This document shows positions 41,842 through 55,511 of a DNA stretch of 64,000 nucleotides, piece after piece. Within the stretch, counting starts at the first letter, position 1. Every line of letters begins with the position of its first letter. The notes below the pieces were generated by a model. The model did no database searches. It was not told the origin of the DNA and was given only the letters and a program-made list of their open reading frames with translations. The stretch is from Octopus vulgaris (Eukaryota). Location of the stretch: positions 91,388,001 through 91,452,000 of the forward strand of contig OX597818.1 of NCBI GenBank assembly GCA_951406725.2. Direction: 5' to 3'. A program made the position numbers and the translations under genes.

Positions 41842-42224
41842 AATGAATGAATGTATATATATATATACAAACACTGGTATATATGAATTCATAGATGCAT
41901 TTATAGTCGTATGATGTTACAAACTTTGGAGTGTGTAAATATATTTAAATATTCTGTTTATTTAATATTTTTATGTTTATACAATGGCGCTTTTTGTGTT
42001 AACATGGGAGTGAAGGCAGCTGACGTCGCATAACACTTTTACCCAAACACATACGTATTTACATGTACATATTTTATATACTATACTATATTCATATACT
42101 ATGTATGCTTACCTGTTTATATACAGTTGTATGATGTTTCAAAGCTATAAATATCGTGAATTTCCACTGCTATTCATCATTGTTCTTATCAACTGATTTG
42201 TTTATTTTGTGTTTTCTATTGAAG

Positions 42225-42332
42225 TCTGATAGGCGTATGAGATTTCAGGAAACCTGTCGCAGAATACTTCCATTCTTAGAGAGAACTTTGGAGATGCAAA
42301 ATGGAGGTAGCAGATTCTTCATGGGTGATAAC
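42225..42332 (+). CDS. S-crystallin gene B, exon 5
   Basis: gttttctattgaag|TCT GAT...GAT AAC|gtaagt; [36 protein letters not shown]; 108 nt, same as the paralog A exon. Confidence 0.95.
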
Positions 42333-42967
42333 GTAAGTGATAAATATCATAAGAATAATTTCAAATATAGTTGTTTGTTTGTCTGTTTTCAAGGTGGATG
42401 GCGGGCGATGTGAATGCCATTATATGAGTATATCTGCAAAACTTGTTTTAAGTTAGCAAGTGATCGATTTTACTAAGTATGTCACATTTCGTGTAATCTC
42501 AGCTAGGGATCAGATGCTGTAAAGTTGACCAAATATACATATTGACATTCTATAGAGTTGAAATTGTGACGTTGACTGACATCATTTTAAGTCTCAAGTC
42601 TAAGATTGCTCAGAGAAAACACATTTTTCTGCCAGGACTGTAACTTAGAATCTCACAAGAATGACTAAGATGACGAATAGTTCCTGCTAAGTTGCCTTTT
42701 TCTTTAATATTTGGTTTCCCGAGAAATTAGAATAGAATTTAATCAGCAACAACTTCTCAAACATTCTCTGATTTGATTTCATTTGTTTCTCCGCCATTCA
42801 ACGCCCTCACACCGATTTCATTCCAGTTATTTCTCTGCCATTCAACGACCCCCCCACCCCAGTTCCTGTGTGATATTCGCTTAATGTTAGAAAACCAGAT
42901 CAAATTTTTAATATACCAGTGATTGGTAACGATGGTCGTGGTGACATAGGGAGCTGTTGTGGCATGT

Positions 42968-43093
42968 ATGCGGGGGTACTGAAAAGTTCCTGGCTTTAAA
43001 CGTGTCACGAAGTGCCTGTTTGGAGACCCAACCTTCAAAGTTATTATACAGGGATTAGAAAAAACTGAAAGACCGCTGCAGTAAGTGTGTGAA
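42968..43093 (+). mobile_element. Small mariner-derived remnant
   Basis: TIR-like cgggggtactgaaaagttcctggc followed by a transposase-C-terminus-like stretch ending KCV. Confidence 0.45.
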
Positions 43094-43171
<78 letters not shown>

Positions 43172-44456
43172 TACTACTACTAATATATAATTTTTTTACA
43201 GAAAAAAATTCCATCAAAAAATTGACGATCTAAAAGTCTGTTATCAGCATATTGGTATAGAAATAATTTTCTTTAGCCCTTATTTATAAGTTATATATAT
43301 ATATATGGTCGGCCTGGGGCTATAGTAGAATACATTCACCCAAGGTGCCAGGCCGTAGCACTGAACCCGGGCCCATGTTGTTGGGAAGGAAACTACTTAC
43401 AGCTACTCTTGCGCCTACAGTTATTTTTTCTATTTACTAGAGGTTAAAAAAAATCACGTTTGTTGCAAAATGTAAACCACAAACATAGTGCCCATCAGTC
43501 TAACTAATTTACGAAACAGCCAAATGTAATAGCGATAACATTCCAGAATACATGTATGATAGCTTTTGGCGGCTAAGGAAACGAGTAATGGAACTGGAGA
43601 TAAAAATAGAGCGAAAGTGTGGGATAGAGAGAGAAACAAATTGGAAAAGCGACAGAAAGAGAAAGAAAAATAGAACAAATTTGTAAGCTAAAGAAAAAGT
43701 TCTGTAACTGAATTTAGTATTGAAACAGTGATGTAATAAATGTAATAGAAACTACAGCGGATGTTGTAAAGTAAATGAGTTAAGTACGTTTCGTTGGATG
43801 TTTAATATCCAATGAAGAATGCGAAATGTGCTATGTGAGAAGTAAATGTATATGTCCATTAGTTTTTAAATGCCCCTTAATGGTTGTATGTAAGTGTAGA
43901 ACTACAGGGATTGAAATCCTTGCAAATCGATAATAATGATAAAAATAGTAATAATAATAGTAATAATAATAATAATGATAATAATAGAGCGAAAAAAGAC
44001 ACTCAAACGTTCGGAACAAACATAAGCCATAGGGTAGAATTGAAAATGAAGACTACCAAAAATAGAATTGCTTTTAACACGGAAGAATTCACTTAGCATC
44101 ATTCAATTAGCTTTTAGAATGTTTAGATTGATACACAAACTCCAAGTTGTTTACACGCTTTGTATAAAAGAGAGTGTTATTTTGTGTGGAGCCGGTTCCA
44201 GAAAGAGCTTTATGGGATATGTTCAAGCATTTATGTATGTATGTATGTATGTATGTATGTATGTATGTATGTATGTATGTATGGATGGATGGATGGATGG
44301 ATGGATGCATGTAAGTATGTATGTATGTATGTATGTATGTATGTATGCATGTATTCATGTACCTATCTATGTGTGTTTGTATGTATGCATGTATGCATGA
44401 TGTATATATGCATATTTGCATGTATTTTTCTTGTATATGCCCACACATACACGTAC

Positions 44457-44534
<78 letters not shown>

Positions 44535-44804
44535 CTGTATACATACATGCACATATTTATTTATATTGTATTTCTAAACATATAGTTAATATATATATGT
44601 ATATATTTATAAGCATACGTACGTATATATATCTATTATATACATGTAAAAAATTATATATAATGTTTACTTATGTATATATATATGTGTGTGTGTGTGT
44701 GCGTGTGTGTGTGTATCTGAGTGTATGCGCACGTGTGTTACTGTATGTTGTATCTATATGTTTATACACGTGTGCATATAAGTGTACATATATACACATG
44801 TATG

Positions 44805-44851
<47 letters not shown>

Positions 44852-45210
44852 TCAAGTTATCATACGTAGTACTTTTAGCGTTATAAACGTTTGCTTTAGA
44901 GACTAATTTTGCCCCTTGAGTGTTCCATATTGCTGCAAAATTGTCATTATGCGTTTAATAATATAAATCGACTGTATGCACTTGTAGATATTAAACTACA
45001 TATATAATTGAAGTAGCTCAGTTATTGATAAATTTTCAATGTGTTTGGTGTATGTATCAAAAGAAAAAAAAACACTACATGTGTGTGTGTGTGTGTGTGT
45101 GTGTGCACCAGAGTAAGCTCATTAATGTGAAACAAGGCAGAAAAAAAAGTACGGGAATAGCGGAGGTAGAGTAATATGATTTATTAATAAATTTCCAAAG
45201 GCATCGTAAC

Positions 45211-45252
45211 AACTGTTACTCAGAGTTTCACGTTCCCGTTCGTCGGACACCT
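45211..45252 (-). ncRNA. Minimal type-I hammerhead motif with CCGACGA (U4C) core, antisense in intron 5
   Basis: AGGUGU-CCGACGA-ACG ggaa CGU-GAAA-CUC u GAG-UA-ACAGUU. Confidence 0.65.
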
Positions 45253-45335
45253 TTGGTTGAGATCGCAACAAAAGCTATCCGACGAAAGGGAACTCAGCGT
45301 AACAGTTTTTCTGATGTCTTTGCAGCTTTATTAAA

Positions 45336-45424
<89 letters not shown>

Positions 45425-46406
45425 TGTGTGTGTGCGTGTGTGTATGTGTGTGTGTGTGCGTATGTATGTATGTATGTATGTATGTATGTATATATATACG
45501 CTATAACCTCACACCCAACATAGCCTTGTGAGTGGATTTCGCACGCAGAAACTGAAAGAAGACTGTCATACAGATGTGTGTATTTGTGTGTGGAGGAGAA
45601 GTGTGGGTGTTACTGGATGTGTGTCTGTATTTATACGCCTACCTTCGCTTCATCCGATGTTGTGTTTGCGTCCCCATAACTTAACCGTTTGGCAAAACAC
45701 ACGGATAGAAAAAGTACTAGGCTTACAAAAAATAAATCTTAGTATCAATTTCTTCGACTAAAGGCGGTGCTCCAGCATAGCCGCAGTCACATGATCAAAG
45801 CAAGTAAAACAATATAGATATATAGATAGATAAATAGATTGATTGATTGATTGATTGATAGAGAATTCTAATCTTTCTAAATGTATGTATGTATATATAT
45901 ATATATATATATACACAAATAGTCATGTCTATTTAAAACAAGTCTTGCTTTAAACAGACATGAATCTAAGAACAGTTATATATTACGAACACGACACCTT
46001 TGTAATTCTAACGTGGTTGTAGATAATATTTCCTTTCCTTAATGTTTGCTACTAGCGAATACTTTTTGACAACCCAGATTATTAAGATGAATTTATTGTC
46101 TTTATGTATGAAACGATCGGATAGCTATATAAATAAAAATAATTTCAATCCATATTAACATGTAATCTCCATTCCGTTTGAATTTCATGAACTTTGTTTA
46201 TATAAGTGTAATCATATACTTAATATATTATATATAAGTTTTCATATCTACGCTAATTTACATTATTAAATTAAAGTAAAGTATGAAGAAACAACGTTAG
46301 AAATCTTTTGGAAACTACTCCAATTAAAGGATGAAGTCACATTCAACCCTTATTATACATATGTATCTATCTATCTATATATATGTAAATGAATGTGTGT
46401 ATACAT

Positions 46407-46464
<58 letters not shown>

Positions 46465-46726
46465 TAATATATATGTATATATAAGTAAATAAATGGAGTT
46501 GAACGCAGATATTATTCAAATTCTTTTACATACAGCATGTGTTTCGAAGACAACATTTGTTTTATTCCACCGGAATAAATGGTGTAAACTAACGTAATTG
46601 TTGAGATGGGTTCTCTTTCTTTCCTGATGAGAAGATTATATTAGTTTACACTATTTATTTCTTTGGAATAAAGCCAATGTTGTCTTCGAAACATAACTGC
46701 AAAAAAAGGATACTTCATTCATTTAC

Positions 46727-46770
<44 letters not shown>

Positions 46771-46786
46771 AAGCTTCCTGAAGATT

Positions 46787-46832
<46 letters not shown>

Positions 46833-47523
46833 TAGAATTTGATTCATGCAGAAGCTCTGAATTATTTCACGGTCTTAATACATATACTACTCTGTAAATT
46901 AGATAAACAATTTCCATTATATCGGAGTCGCCATAAAATTAGCAAATCGCAGTAAACAACTAAGGTTTATTAGACAAAGTTGATTACTAAAACAACAGAA
47001 TCGTCAAATCGAAGCTGTATTCGTCCTAATTTAACTCATATTGTAACCATTGCGTTTAACTGTTACAATGGCTTTAAGCTGCATAGTTTCGGAAACGTGT
47101 CACATAACGTTTTCAATTTTTCCCGTAATATAAATGCGGTATGATTATACAAGAAAATCGTCTAGTCGATCCATCTATCCATCCCTCTACATTATACACA
47201 CAACCCTTACACATACATACAAAGAAAGACAACGATGGTGAGTAAGTGGCACAAGGTACATATATTTGGTATAAAGTAGCAATAAAAAATGTGTGCCTGA
47301 CTGTGTAAAGCATATCTTTTATTATGTCCAGAGTGTCAGAGACGGAACGTTGAAAAACAAGGTTGTGTTATTTTGTTATTGTCTGCACTCACATTTCCTC
47401 ACATAGATAAACACTGCTGATACATTATAAGATCTTTATAAATTACATATATATATATATATATATATATGCGTGTGTATGTGTTTTTGTATTTATATAT
47501 GTATATATATGTTTATATATATC

Positions 47524-47600
<77 letters not shown>

Positions 47601-48437
47601 GCATTTCGCTTGTGTTTATACGTGTGTCGGTTTTTTGCGTGTGCGTTCGTGTTTGTGACTATGTGTTTATTTACGTGTAAATCTATGTTATTCTATACAG
47701 TATTTTGTCATTCTATGAATAAGAATCAGCTCTTTCAGCCATGTAGTATAAAAAACGTGACAGAAACACTTTTCAACAATTCCCTGGTTTTCCAGCTAAT
47801 AACTTTGATAACTTTTGTGTTGTATTCTATTATTTAAACTGTACTAAATCTATAAAATTCCTGTATTAACGTTTTCAGTGTGCTTCGCTACTTTCAAAAA
47901 TTGTTACAATTCACTAAGATCAAATTCTCGTATCATATTGCTCGTTTTAAGCGTACATACTGATTATCAGCTTTTAGATTGTTGAAGTGGATAGTTACAA
48001 TTTCTTAGATTTTCTCGTCTTGACGATAGGGGTTGAGTGCAATGATAGTGAGGTAATACTGTTAGTTGTAGTATTGGCAACAGTGGTAATATTTATGGCT
48101 GTTATCAATGACTTAGTGGTTGTACTTACAGTCGCCAGATCTAGGTTTCGATTCACGGGTCAGCGTATTCGTTATGAGCAAAAACTTATTTTCAAATTGC
48201 TTTGTGGTCGTTCCGACAGTTTGACATCTTGCACACCGCGCACCTCTAAAGTAAATGTCGATTCAATGAAAGGCAGTTTCATAATGCGCAGTTCAAACAT
48301 TTGATTATTGTGAACAAATAATCTCCACACGTTGTGAAGCCAGAAATTTCAGAACCCTCCTCTATGGTCTATGAGAGAAGTGTCCCCGGTGGCAGCTATT
48401 ATTGGCAAGGATGTTGTCGGTAATAATGGCAGATGAA

Positions 48438-48666
48438 GGCGGCGAGCTGGCAGAAACGTTAGCACGCCGGCCGAAATGCGTAGCCGTATTTCGCCTGCCG
48501 TTACGTTCTGAGGTCAAATTCCGCCGAGGTCGACTTTGCCTTTCATCCTTTCGGGGTCGATAAATTAAGTAACAGTTACGCACTGGAGTCAATGTGATCG
48601 GCTTAATCCGTTTTTCTGTCCTTGCTTGTCCCCTCTGTGTTTAGCCCCTTGTGAGTAGTAAAGAAA
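48438..48666 (+). mobile_element. SINE family A with target-site duplication
   Basis: ggcggcgagctggcagaaacgttagc...gagGTCAAATTcc...gactttgcctttcatcctttcggggtcgataaa (MetaSINE-core-like); TSD taataatggcag at 48421-48432 and 48667-48678. Other copies near 683-890, 21530-21740(-), 35240-36000, 36420-36610, 51470-51670(-), 54345-55085 and 56890-57290. Confidence 0.85.
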
Positions 48667-49238
48667 TAATAATGGCAGTGTTTAGTGCTAAAGTGATAGC
48701 GGTTAGAGTAGTAATAGTCATCGTGAATGTGTCGTTGAAAATAATAATTTCACAGCGGATCTTTGGTAGTTTTAGCTGTGATAGTGATTGTATCAGTAGT
48801 GGTAATAAATATTTTTGTGATAGCCGCAGATGCAATGGCCGTAGTCGATATAATAGAATAGTTTGTAATGTTTTGGTGATGCGCATGTACAGCAAATAAG
48901 TTCATTGATCTGAAATCCAATGCTGATAGTACTATTTTAATAATCTAGGAACGCAAAATCTGATAAATTCACTTTTCTTGAGGTGTCAGTAAATTTGGTT
49001 GCACACATTTATCGATTATTTTTCTTCCTTCTTTTCATTATTTTAGTCATTCGACTGTGGTCATGCTGGGACATGACCCTGAAGAGTTTAGTTAAAGAGA
49101 TTGCAACCAGTACTGAGTTTTCGAAATGTCTCGTACATATTCTATCTGTCTCGATCGCCGATACGATAAGTTACATTGATGTACATAAACGAACACCGAC
49201 ACATACACATCCGCGCACACACTCACATATGTATAGTA

Positions 49239-49328
<90 letters not shown>

Positions 49329-49996
49329 TGATTGATAGATAGATAGATATATACATAGATAGGTATATAGATAGATTGATAGATAGATAGATACGGCAAG
49401 CTTTTTCAGTTTTTATCAACCAGATCCACTCACAAGGCTCTGGTCTGCTCAGGGCTATCATTGAAGACGTTACCACGCAGTAGGGCCCGAACACGGAACT
49501 ATGTGGTTGGGAAGCAAACTTCTTGCTGCAGAGCAACAACCGTGCCTATATAGTCAAATAGTCTCAGTTTCATACAGTACATATTGTTAATGTTACAAAT
49601 TCATTTGAGACCGACTTTGCCTTTCATCCTTTCGAGATCGATAGAATAAGTACCAGTTGAGCACTGGGGTCGATGTAATCGACTTATCCCCTTCCTCCAA
49701 ATTTCTGGCCTTTTGTAAAAATTTGAAACCAATGTTACTAATACGGTTTCGGTAGAGAAATGTTGGAGGGGGATATATCGGTTGTGATAATGCCGTAGTA
49801 CTCTTATGAGGTTAGTATCGTTGACGTTTTCTGCTGGGAGCCTTTCTTAGGCTGCCATGCTCGTTCATGTGGTACTTAGGTCAAAAGAATGCAAATGATT
49901 GTGATCAATAGAATTAGCAATCCGGATACATAAATCGTTTCGTGAATGATCGTTCATGTAGTCTAAGTAGACTGAACATACTGTTTGTACATCAGT

Positions 49997-50578
49997 GAAG
50001 GCGTCGATCTGGCAGAAACGTTAGCACGCCGGGCGAAATGCTTCGCGGTATTTCGTCTGCCGCTATAATCGATTTAATCCATTTTTCTGTCCTTATTTGT
50101 CCTCTCTGTGTTTAGCCCCTTGTGGGTAGTAAAGACATAGGTATTTCGTCTGCCGCTATAATCGATTTAATCCATTTTTCTGTCCTTATTTGTCCTCTCT
50201 GTGTTTAGCCCCTTGTGGGTAGTAAAGACATAGGTATTTCGTCTGCCGCTATAATCGATTTAATCCGTTTTTCTGTCCTTATTTGTCCTCTCTGTGTTTA
50301 GCCCCTTGTGGGTAGTAAAGACATAGGTATTTCGTCTGCCGCTATAATCGATTTAATCCGTTTTTCTGTCCTTATTTGTCCTCTCTGTGTTTAGCCCCTT
50401 GTGGGTAGTAAAGACATAGGTATTTCGTCTGCCGCTACGTTCTAAGTTCAAATTCCGCCGAGGTCGACTTTGCCTTTCATCCTTACGCACTGGTGTCGAT
50501 ATAATCGACTTAATCCGTTTGTCTGTCCTTATTTGTCCTCTTTGTGTTTAGCCCCTTGTGGGTAGTAAAGAAATGCAC
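49997..50578 (+). mobile_element. SINE family A copy containing a 4 x 93-bp internal tandem array
   Basis: Units start at 50047, 50140, 50233 and 50326; 17-bp TSD actgtttgtacatcagt at 49980-49996 and 50579-50595. Confidence 0.9.
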
Positions 50579-51308
50579 ACTGTTTGTACATCAGTTATAA
50601 GGGTGACCATATAGGACACGCAGATGGGATGGTTGCAAACAGAACACAATAGTTTTACCACCAAGACAACCACTGAGGTCATATGAACTTTTATAAATAT
50701 AATGCTGTCTTTATTATTACTCTCCTTCCCGACTGATCAAAACATTACACAATTCCTTTGATGTTAGATTGTATTTGGTTTGATAGTGTCGTAGTGAGTT
50801 GGGATAAAATTTATATAAATGTTTCTGGTAAGTAGCGTGGCTGCTGTTGTTGCGTAATCTCATGCCTGGCTTGATCGCTTACACATTTAAATCATACGAT
50901 GTTGCTAGCATCGTCTGTTGTAATATCTACACATGATACTGCATTGAAGATTACTTAGACATGCCCCGCATTTTAGCAAAGGAGTGATTTAAATTGGATC
51001 AGGACAATTGTATTTGCTATAATATTATAGTACGAAATAGTGTCAGAGCAAACTTATACTTGATATGATCTGTATTCAGAGAATAAAATAAATATTTTAG
51101 AATTTTAATCGACACAGTAGACACACCAGTGGTGGTCGTGAAACTGGCGTTGCTGTGTTGACTGTAATATTGTTTACAAGCACGAATAAGACGGCTAATG
51201 CGGTTAATTTGACAATAGGAAATAAGTAGCAAATATCTCATATATTTACACACACACACACACAGACACAGACACACACACACTCTCACACGACGCACAC
51301 ATACATAC

Positions 51309-51366
<58 letters not shown>

Positions 51367-51793
51367 CGCAAGGAGAGCTTCGTCACGCAATAAATTCGGA
51401 AAGCAGAAAGACGTAATAAAATGGTTTCAGGGTATAATCAAATCCATGCTGAGTGTCTTAATAGTGGCTTCAAATTTTGGCAAAGGCCAGTAATTTCGGG
51501 AAAGTAGGCTAGTCGATAACATCGATCTCAGTACTCAACTATTACTTCTTTTATTGGCCAAGAAATGATGAAAGATAAATTCGACCTCGAGGAATTTGAA
51601 CTCAGTACGTAAAGACAGACGAAATGCCGGTAAGAATGTTGCCAGCGTGCTAACGATTCTCTCAGCTAACTCGACGTTCTTGACTGTGTTGATATTATTG
51701 TCTTCGTTGTACTATCTGATAAAATTGTATATGTGTATTTGTGTGTGTGTGAGTCTGATTAGTTTATTCAATTAAATTAGTCACCGTGAAACT

Positions 51794-51904
<111 letters not shown>

Positions 51905-52200
51905 GCGTGTGTATGTTTTGTTTGTTCCTTATCGAGGCATGCCTGACTCATAAGGGCCGGTTTCCGGGTTCCCCACCTGGATGGGACGCTGGCGCCTCGC
52001 AAGTGAGCTGCAAGATGCAAGAGGAAAGAGGGAAAGAAAGTCGCGGCGAAAGAGTCAGCAGAAGTTCGCCATTAGCCTCTGTCCGAGGCGAGAGGAGCTT
52101 AGGTGTTTCGCTCATAAACACACACACCGCCCGGTCTGAGATTCGAATCCCCGAACCCTCGACCGCGAGTCCGCTGCTCTAACCACTAGGCCGTGTGCCT
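51905..52200 (-). mobile_element. tRNA-derived SINE family D
   Basis: Minus head ggcacacggcctagtggttagagc...gattcgaatc; partial copy near 16740-16845. Confidence 0.7.
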
Positions 52201-52302
52201 TCACACACATACACACACTCATATATATATATATATATATATATACATACATACATACATACATACATACACATATAAATATATATTTTTTTATTGCCCA
52301 CT

Positions 52303-52341
<39 letters not shown>

Positions 52342-52441
52342 TGCTGTGATAACAGACATAGAAATACTATGTGTATTGACAATCATTCTCTTATAAATAT
52401 ATGTTTGTATTACCTTTTGCCATTTCTATTGTTTCAAACAG

Positions 52442-52606
52442 ATGACCATGGCTGATATGATGTGCTACTGCGCCCTAGAAAACCCAATGATGGAAGACTC
52501 CTCTTTCCTGAACAGCTACCCCAAAATACGGGCTCTTAGAGAACGCGTCATGACACATTCCAAAATGTCCCACTACTTGAAGAAGAGATGCCGTACCGAT
52601 TTCTAA
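52442..52606 (+). CDS. S-crystallin gene B, exon 6 (last coding exon)
   Basis: tttctattgtttcaaacag|ATG ACC ATG GCT GAT...TTC TAA; [54 protein letters not shown]. Spliced CDS 133+96+116+30+108+165=648 nt, open throughout. Confidence 0.96.
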   Translation: MTMADMMCYCALENPMMEDSSFLNSYPKIRALRERVMTHSKMSHYLKKRCRTDF

Positions 52607-52722
52607 TGGAACACAAATGAATACAAATGATATGCAGCCTCAAACAACCTCCTGACTCCTTCACTAGTTAATCGATATGTTATCTACTAAATAATATATA
52701 CATGCATATATATATATACATC

Positions 52723-52754
<32 letters not shown>

Positions 52755-52869
52755 TATGTATACATATATATACATATAGACACATATATGTATATATATA
52801 CTCACATATATATATAGATATACATGTATGTATACATATACAAATATATATACATAGACACGCACATAA

Positions 52870-52909
<40 letters not shown>

Positions 52910-53063
52910 GTAATAATAATGATAATAATAATAATAATAATAATGATAGATATATATTTCCTGAATAGCTAACGCGCGAAATAGAATTTATCATAGTTGG
53001 ACACCTTCAAAATAAACACTCATACATATATGTGAAAATGCGTATATTTATGTTGTGTAGGCA

Positions 53064-53105
<42 letters not shown>

Positions 53106-53352
53106 TACGCATACATCGCTTGGTATAAACACAGCAAGCACATATAGGTCTCTTCGTCGCAAGTTATCTCATTCACACTTATGCAGAATTTTTTTTGTTT
53201 TTCAAAGAAGACACCGCAAGAACTAGATTGTTGGTTTGAATTCCAAAATGGAAATTCCAGATGTCTTCATACCATATCAATCAGGACATTGTAAAGAATT
53301 GTCTGCAGAACTAATGCTTGTTTTTTTCTTTCCTATGAGTGATTATTATGGA

Positions 53353-53358
53353 AATAAA
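53353..53358 (+). terminator. Likely polyadenylation signal of gene B (alternative AATAAA at 53011)
   Basis: AATAAA followed by a GT/T-rich tract; context conserved with paralog A. Confidence 0.55.
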
Positions 53359-53459
53359 GTTGTGTTAAACTGTCATTCTTGCTGTTTTGTGTCTCTCTGG
53401 GCAATAACGAATTAAACTACTTCTCTGACAGGAATGCAGACATAGAGGAGAATAAGGTA

Positions 53460-53492
53460 CTGATGATAATGATGATGATGATGATGTTGTTG

Positions 53493-53523
<31 letters not shown>

Positions 53524-53703
53524 TAGTGGTGGTGGTTGTGGTGGTGGTTGTGATGGTGGTGGTGGTAATGGTGATGGTGGTGCTTGAGCTGATGGTGACG
53601 AATATGGTGAGTTTGGTGGCGGTGGTACTGTTAGACATTAATGATCATAATGCTGACGCTGAAGATGTTCGTGGTGGTGATAATAATGATGACGACGACG
53701 ATG

Positions 53704-53770
<67 letters not shown>

Positions 53771-54117
53771 CAACGACGACGGCGATGATGGCGAGGATGG
53801 TAGTCATAATCGTAGTACTAGTCTAGATGGTACTTCAGTTGCTGCTCATTACGAACGATGGCAAAAGAAGAATGTGACGGATTCAAATTCCCAAGATACA
53901 AAAAACAGTTATATTCAAAGCAGTGAAAATAGAATCTCACATTGATAAAGTTTTTTTTTTTGCTCAGAGTGATGATTGTGACGACGACGACGACGATCAT
54001 GACATTGACGATGACTACGATGATGATGTATACGATGATGATGAGGATGAGGATGAGGATGATGATGATGATGATGAAGATGATATTGATGATGATGGTG
54101 AAGATAATGATGGTGAA

Positions 54118-54171
<54 letters not shown>

Positions 54172-54283
54172 GGTGGTTGTGGTGGTGGTGGTCGTGATGA
54201 TGATGATGGTAAGGACGGTGTAGTGGTGTTAGTGGTAGCTGCATGGTGGAAGTGGTGGTGGTGGAGGTGTTCGTGGTGGTGAA
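53460..54283. repeat. (GAT)n/(GGT)n low-complexity trinucleotide block
   Basis: Compound GAT/GGT/GAC repeats just 3' of gene B; source of spurious poly-D, poly-M and poly-H ORFs. Confidence 0.9.
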
Positions 54284-55511
54284 TTAAAAGAGTGTTTGTG
54301 ATTTAGCGAGATCGCAATGGCTGAGAAATTTACGTTTGTCCAAAGGCGGCGAGCTAGCAGAAACATTAGCACGCCGGGCGAAAAGCTTAGAGGTATTACG
54401 TCTGTCGATACATTCTGAGTTCAAATTCCGCCGAGGTCGACTTTGCCTTTCATCCTTTCGGGGTTGATAAATTAAGTACCAATCACACACTGGGGTCGAT
54501 GTAATCGACTTAATCCGTGTGTCTGTCCTTGTTTGTCCCCTCTTTGTTTAGCCCCTTGTGGTTAGTAAAGAAATAGGCATTTCGTCTGCTTTTACGTTCT
54601 GAGTTCAAATTCCGCCGAGGTCCACTTTGCCTTTCATTCTTTCGGGTCGATAAATTAAGTACCAGTTACGCACTGGTTTGTCCCCTCTATGTTTAGCCCT
54701 TTGTGGGCAATAAAGAAATAAGAGACGTTAGCACGACGGGCGAAATGTTTAACGGTATTACATCTGTTTTTAGGTTTTGAGTTCAATTCCACCGTGGTCG
54801 ACTTTGCCTTTCATCCTTTCAGGGTCGATAAATTAAATACCAGTTGCGTACTGGGGTCGATGTAATCGACTAGCTCCCGCCCTACAAAATATTAGGCCTT
54901 GTGCCTCGAGTAGAAAAAAGAAGATTTGTTAAACGCCGGACAAATTTGCATTTCCTCTTGCTATATTTTCTGAGTTCAAATTCCGCCGAGGTAGACTTTG
55001 CCTTTCATGTTTTTGAGGTTAATAAAAATAAGTACCATTTGCCCACTGAGATCGCTATATTTCAGGCCGTGTACCTATAGTAGAATTTATATTTGTTCAT
55101 ATAAGTGAGAAAATATCTAATCACTTTAATCCTTCAAGCCACTGATTTGCCATCTTCTAGGTTCAAGCAAATTACTCGTACCTCTCCTAATTAGCAACCA
55201 TTAATCAAGCCATGCTCTTATACCACACAAATGCTTCGCGGTATTTCTTCCAGCTTTACGTATTGAATTCAAATTCCGCCAATGTTGACTTTGCTTTTCA
55301 CCGTTTCAGGGTCGGAAAAACAAGCACAACTTGTGCTCTTGGGTCGATATAATCAACTAGCACATTCACCAAATATTCCAGGTCTCGTACCGAGAGCACA
55401 AAGGAGTATTTTTTGATAAACTGTTAATGAAAACCCATATAAGTACTCCAGTGTTCAATCACATGTGCTCACAAAATTATGCAAATACAACCATCATCAT
55501 TTTTTACAATA

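Noticed and set aside
42230-42232. TAG as the exon 5 acceptor
   Set aside because: It would shift the frame by 8 nt; the AAG at 42222-42224 keeps frame and matches the paralog exon length.
50047-50418. CRISPR-like array
   Set aside because: Units are contiguous with no unique spacers and are SINE-derived; eukaryotic context.
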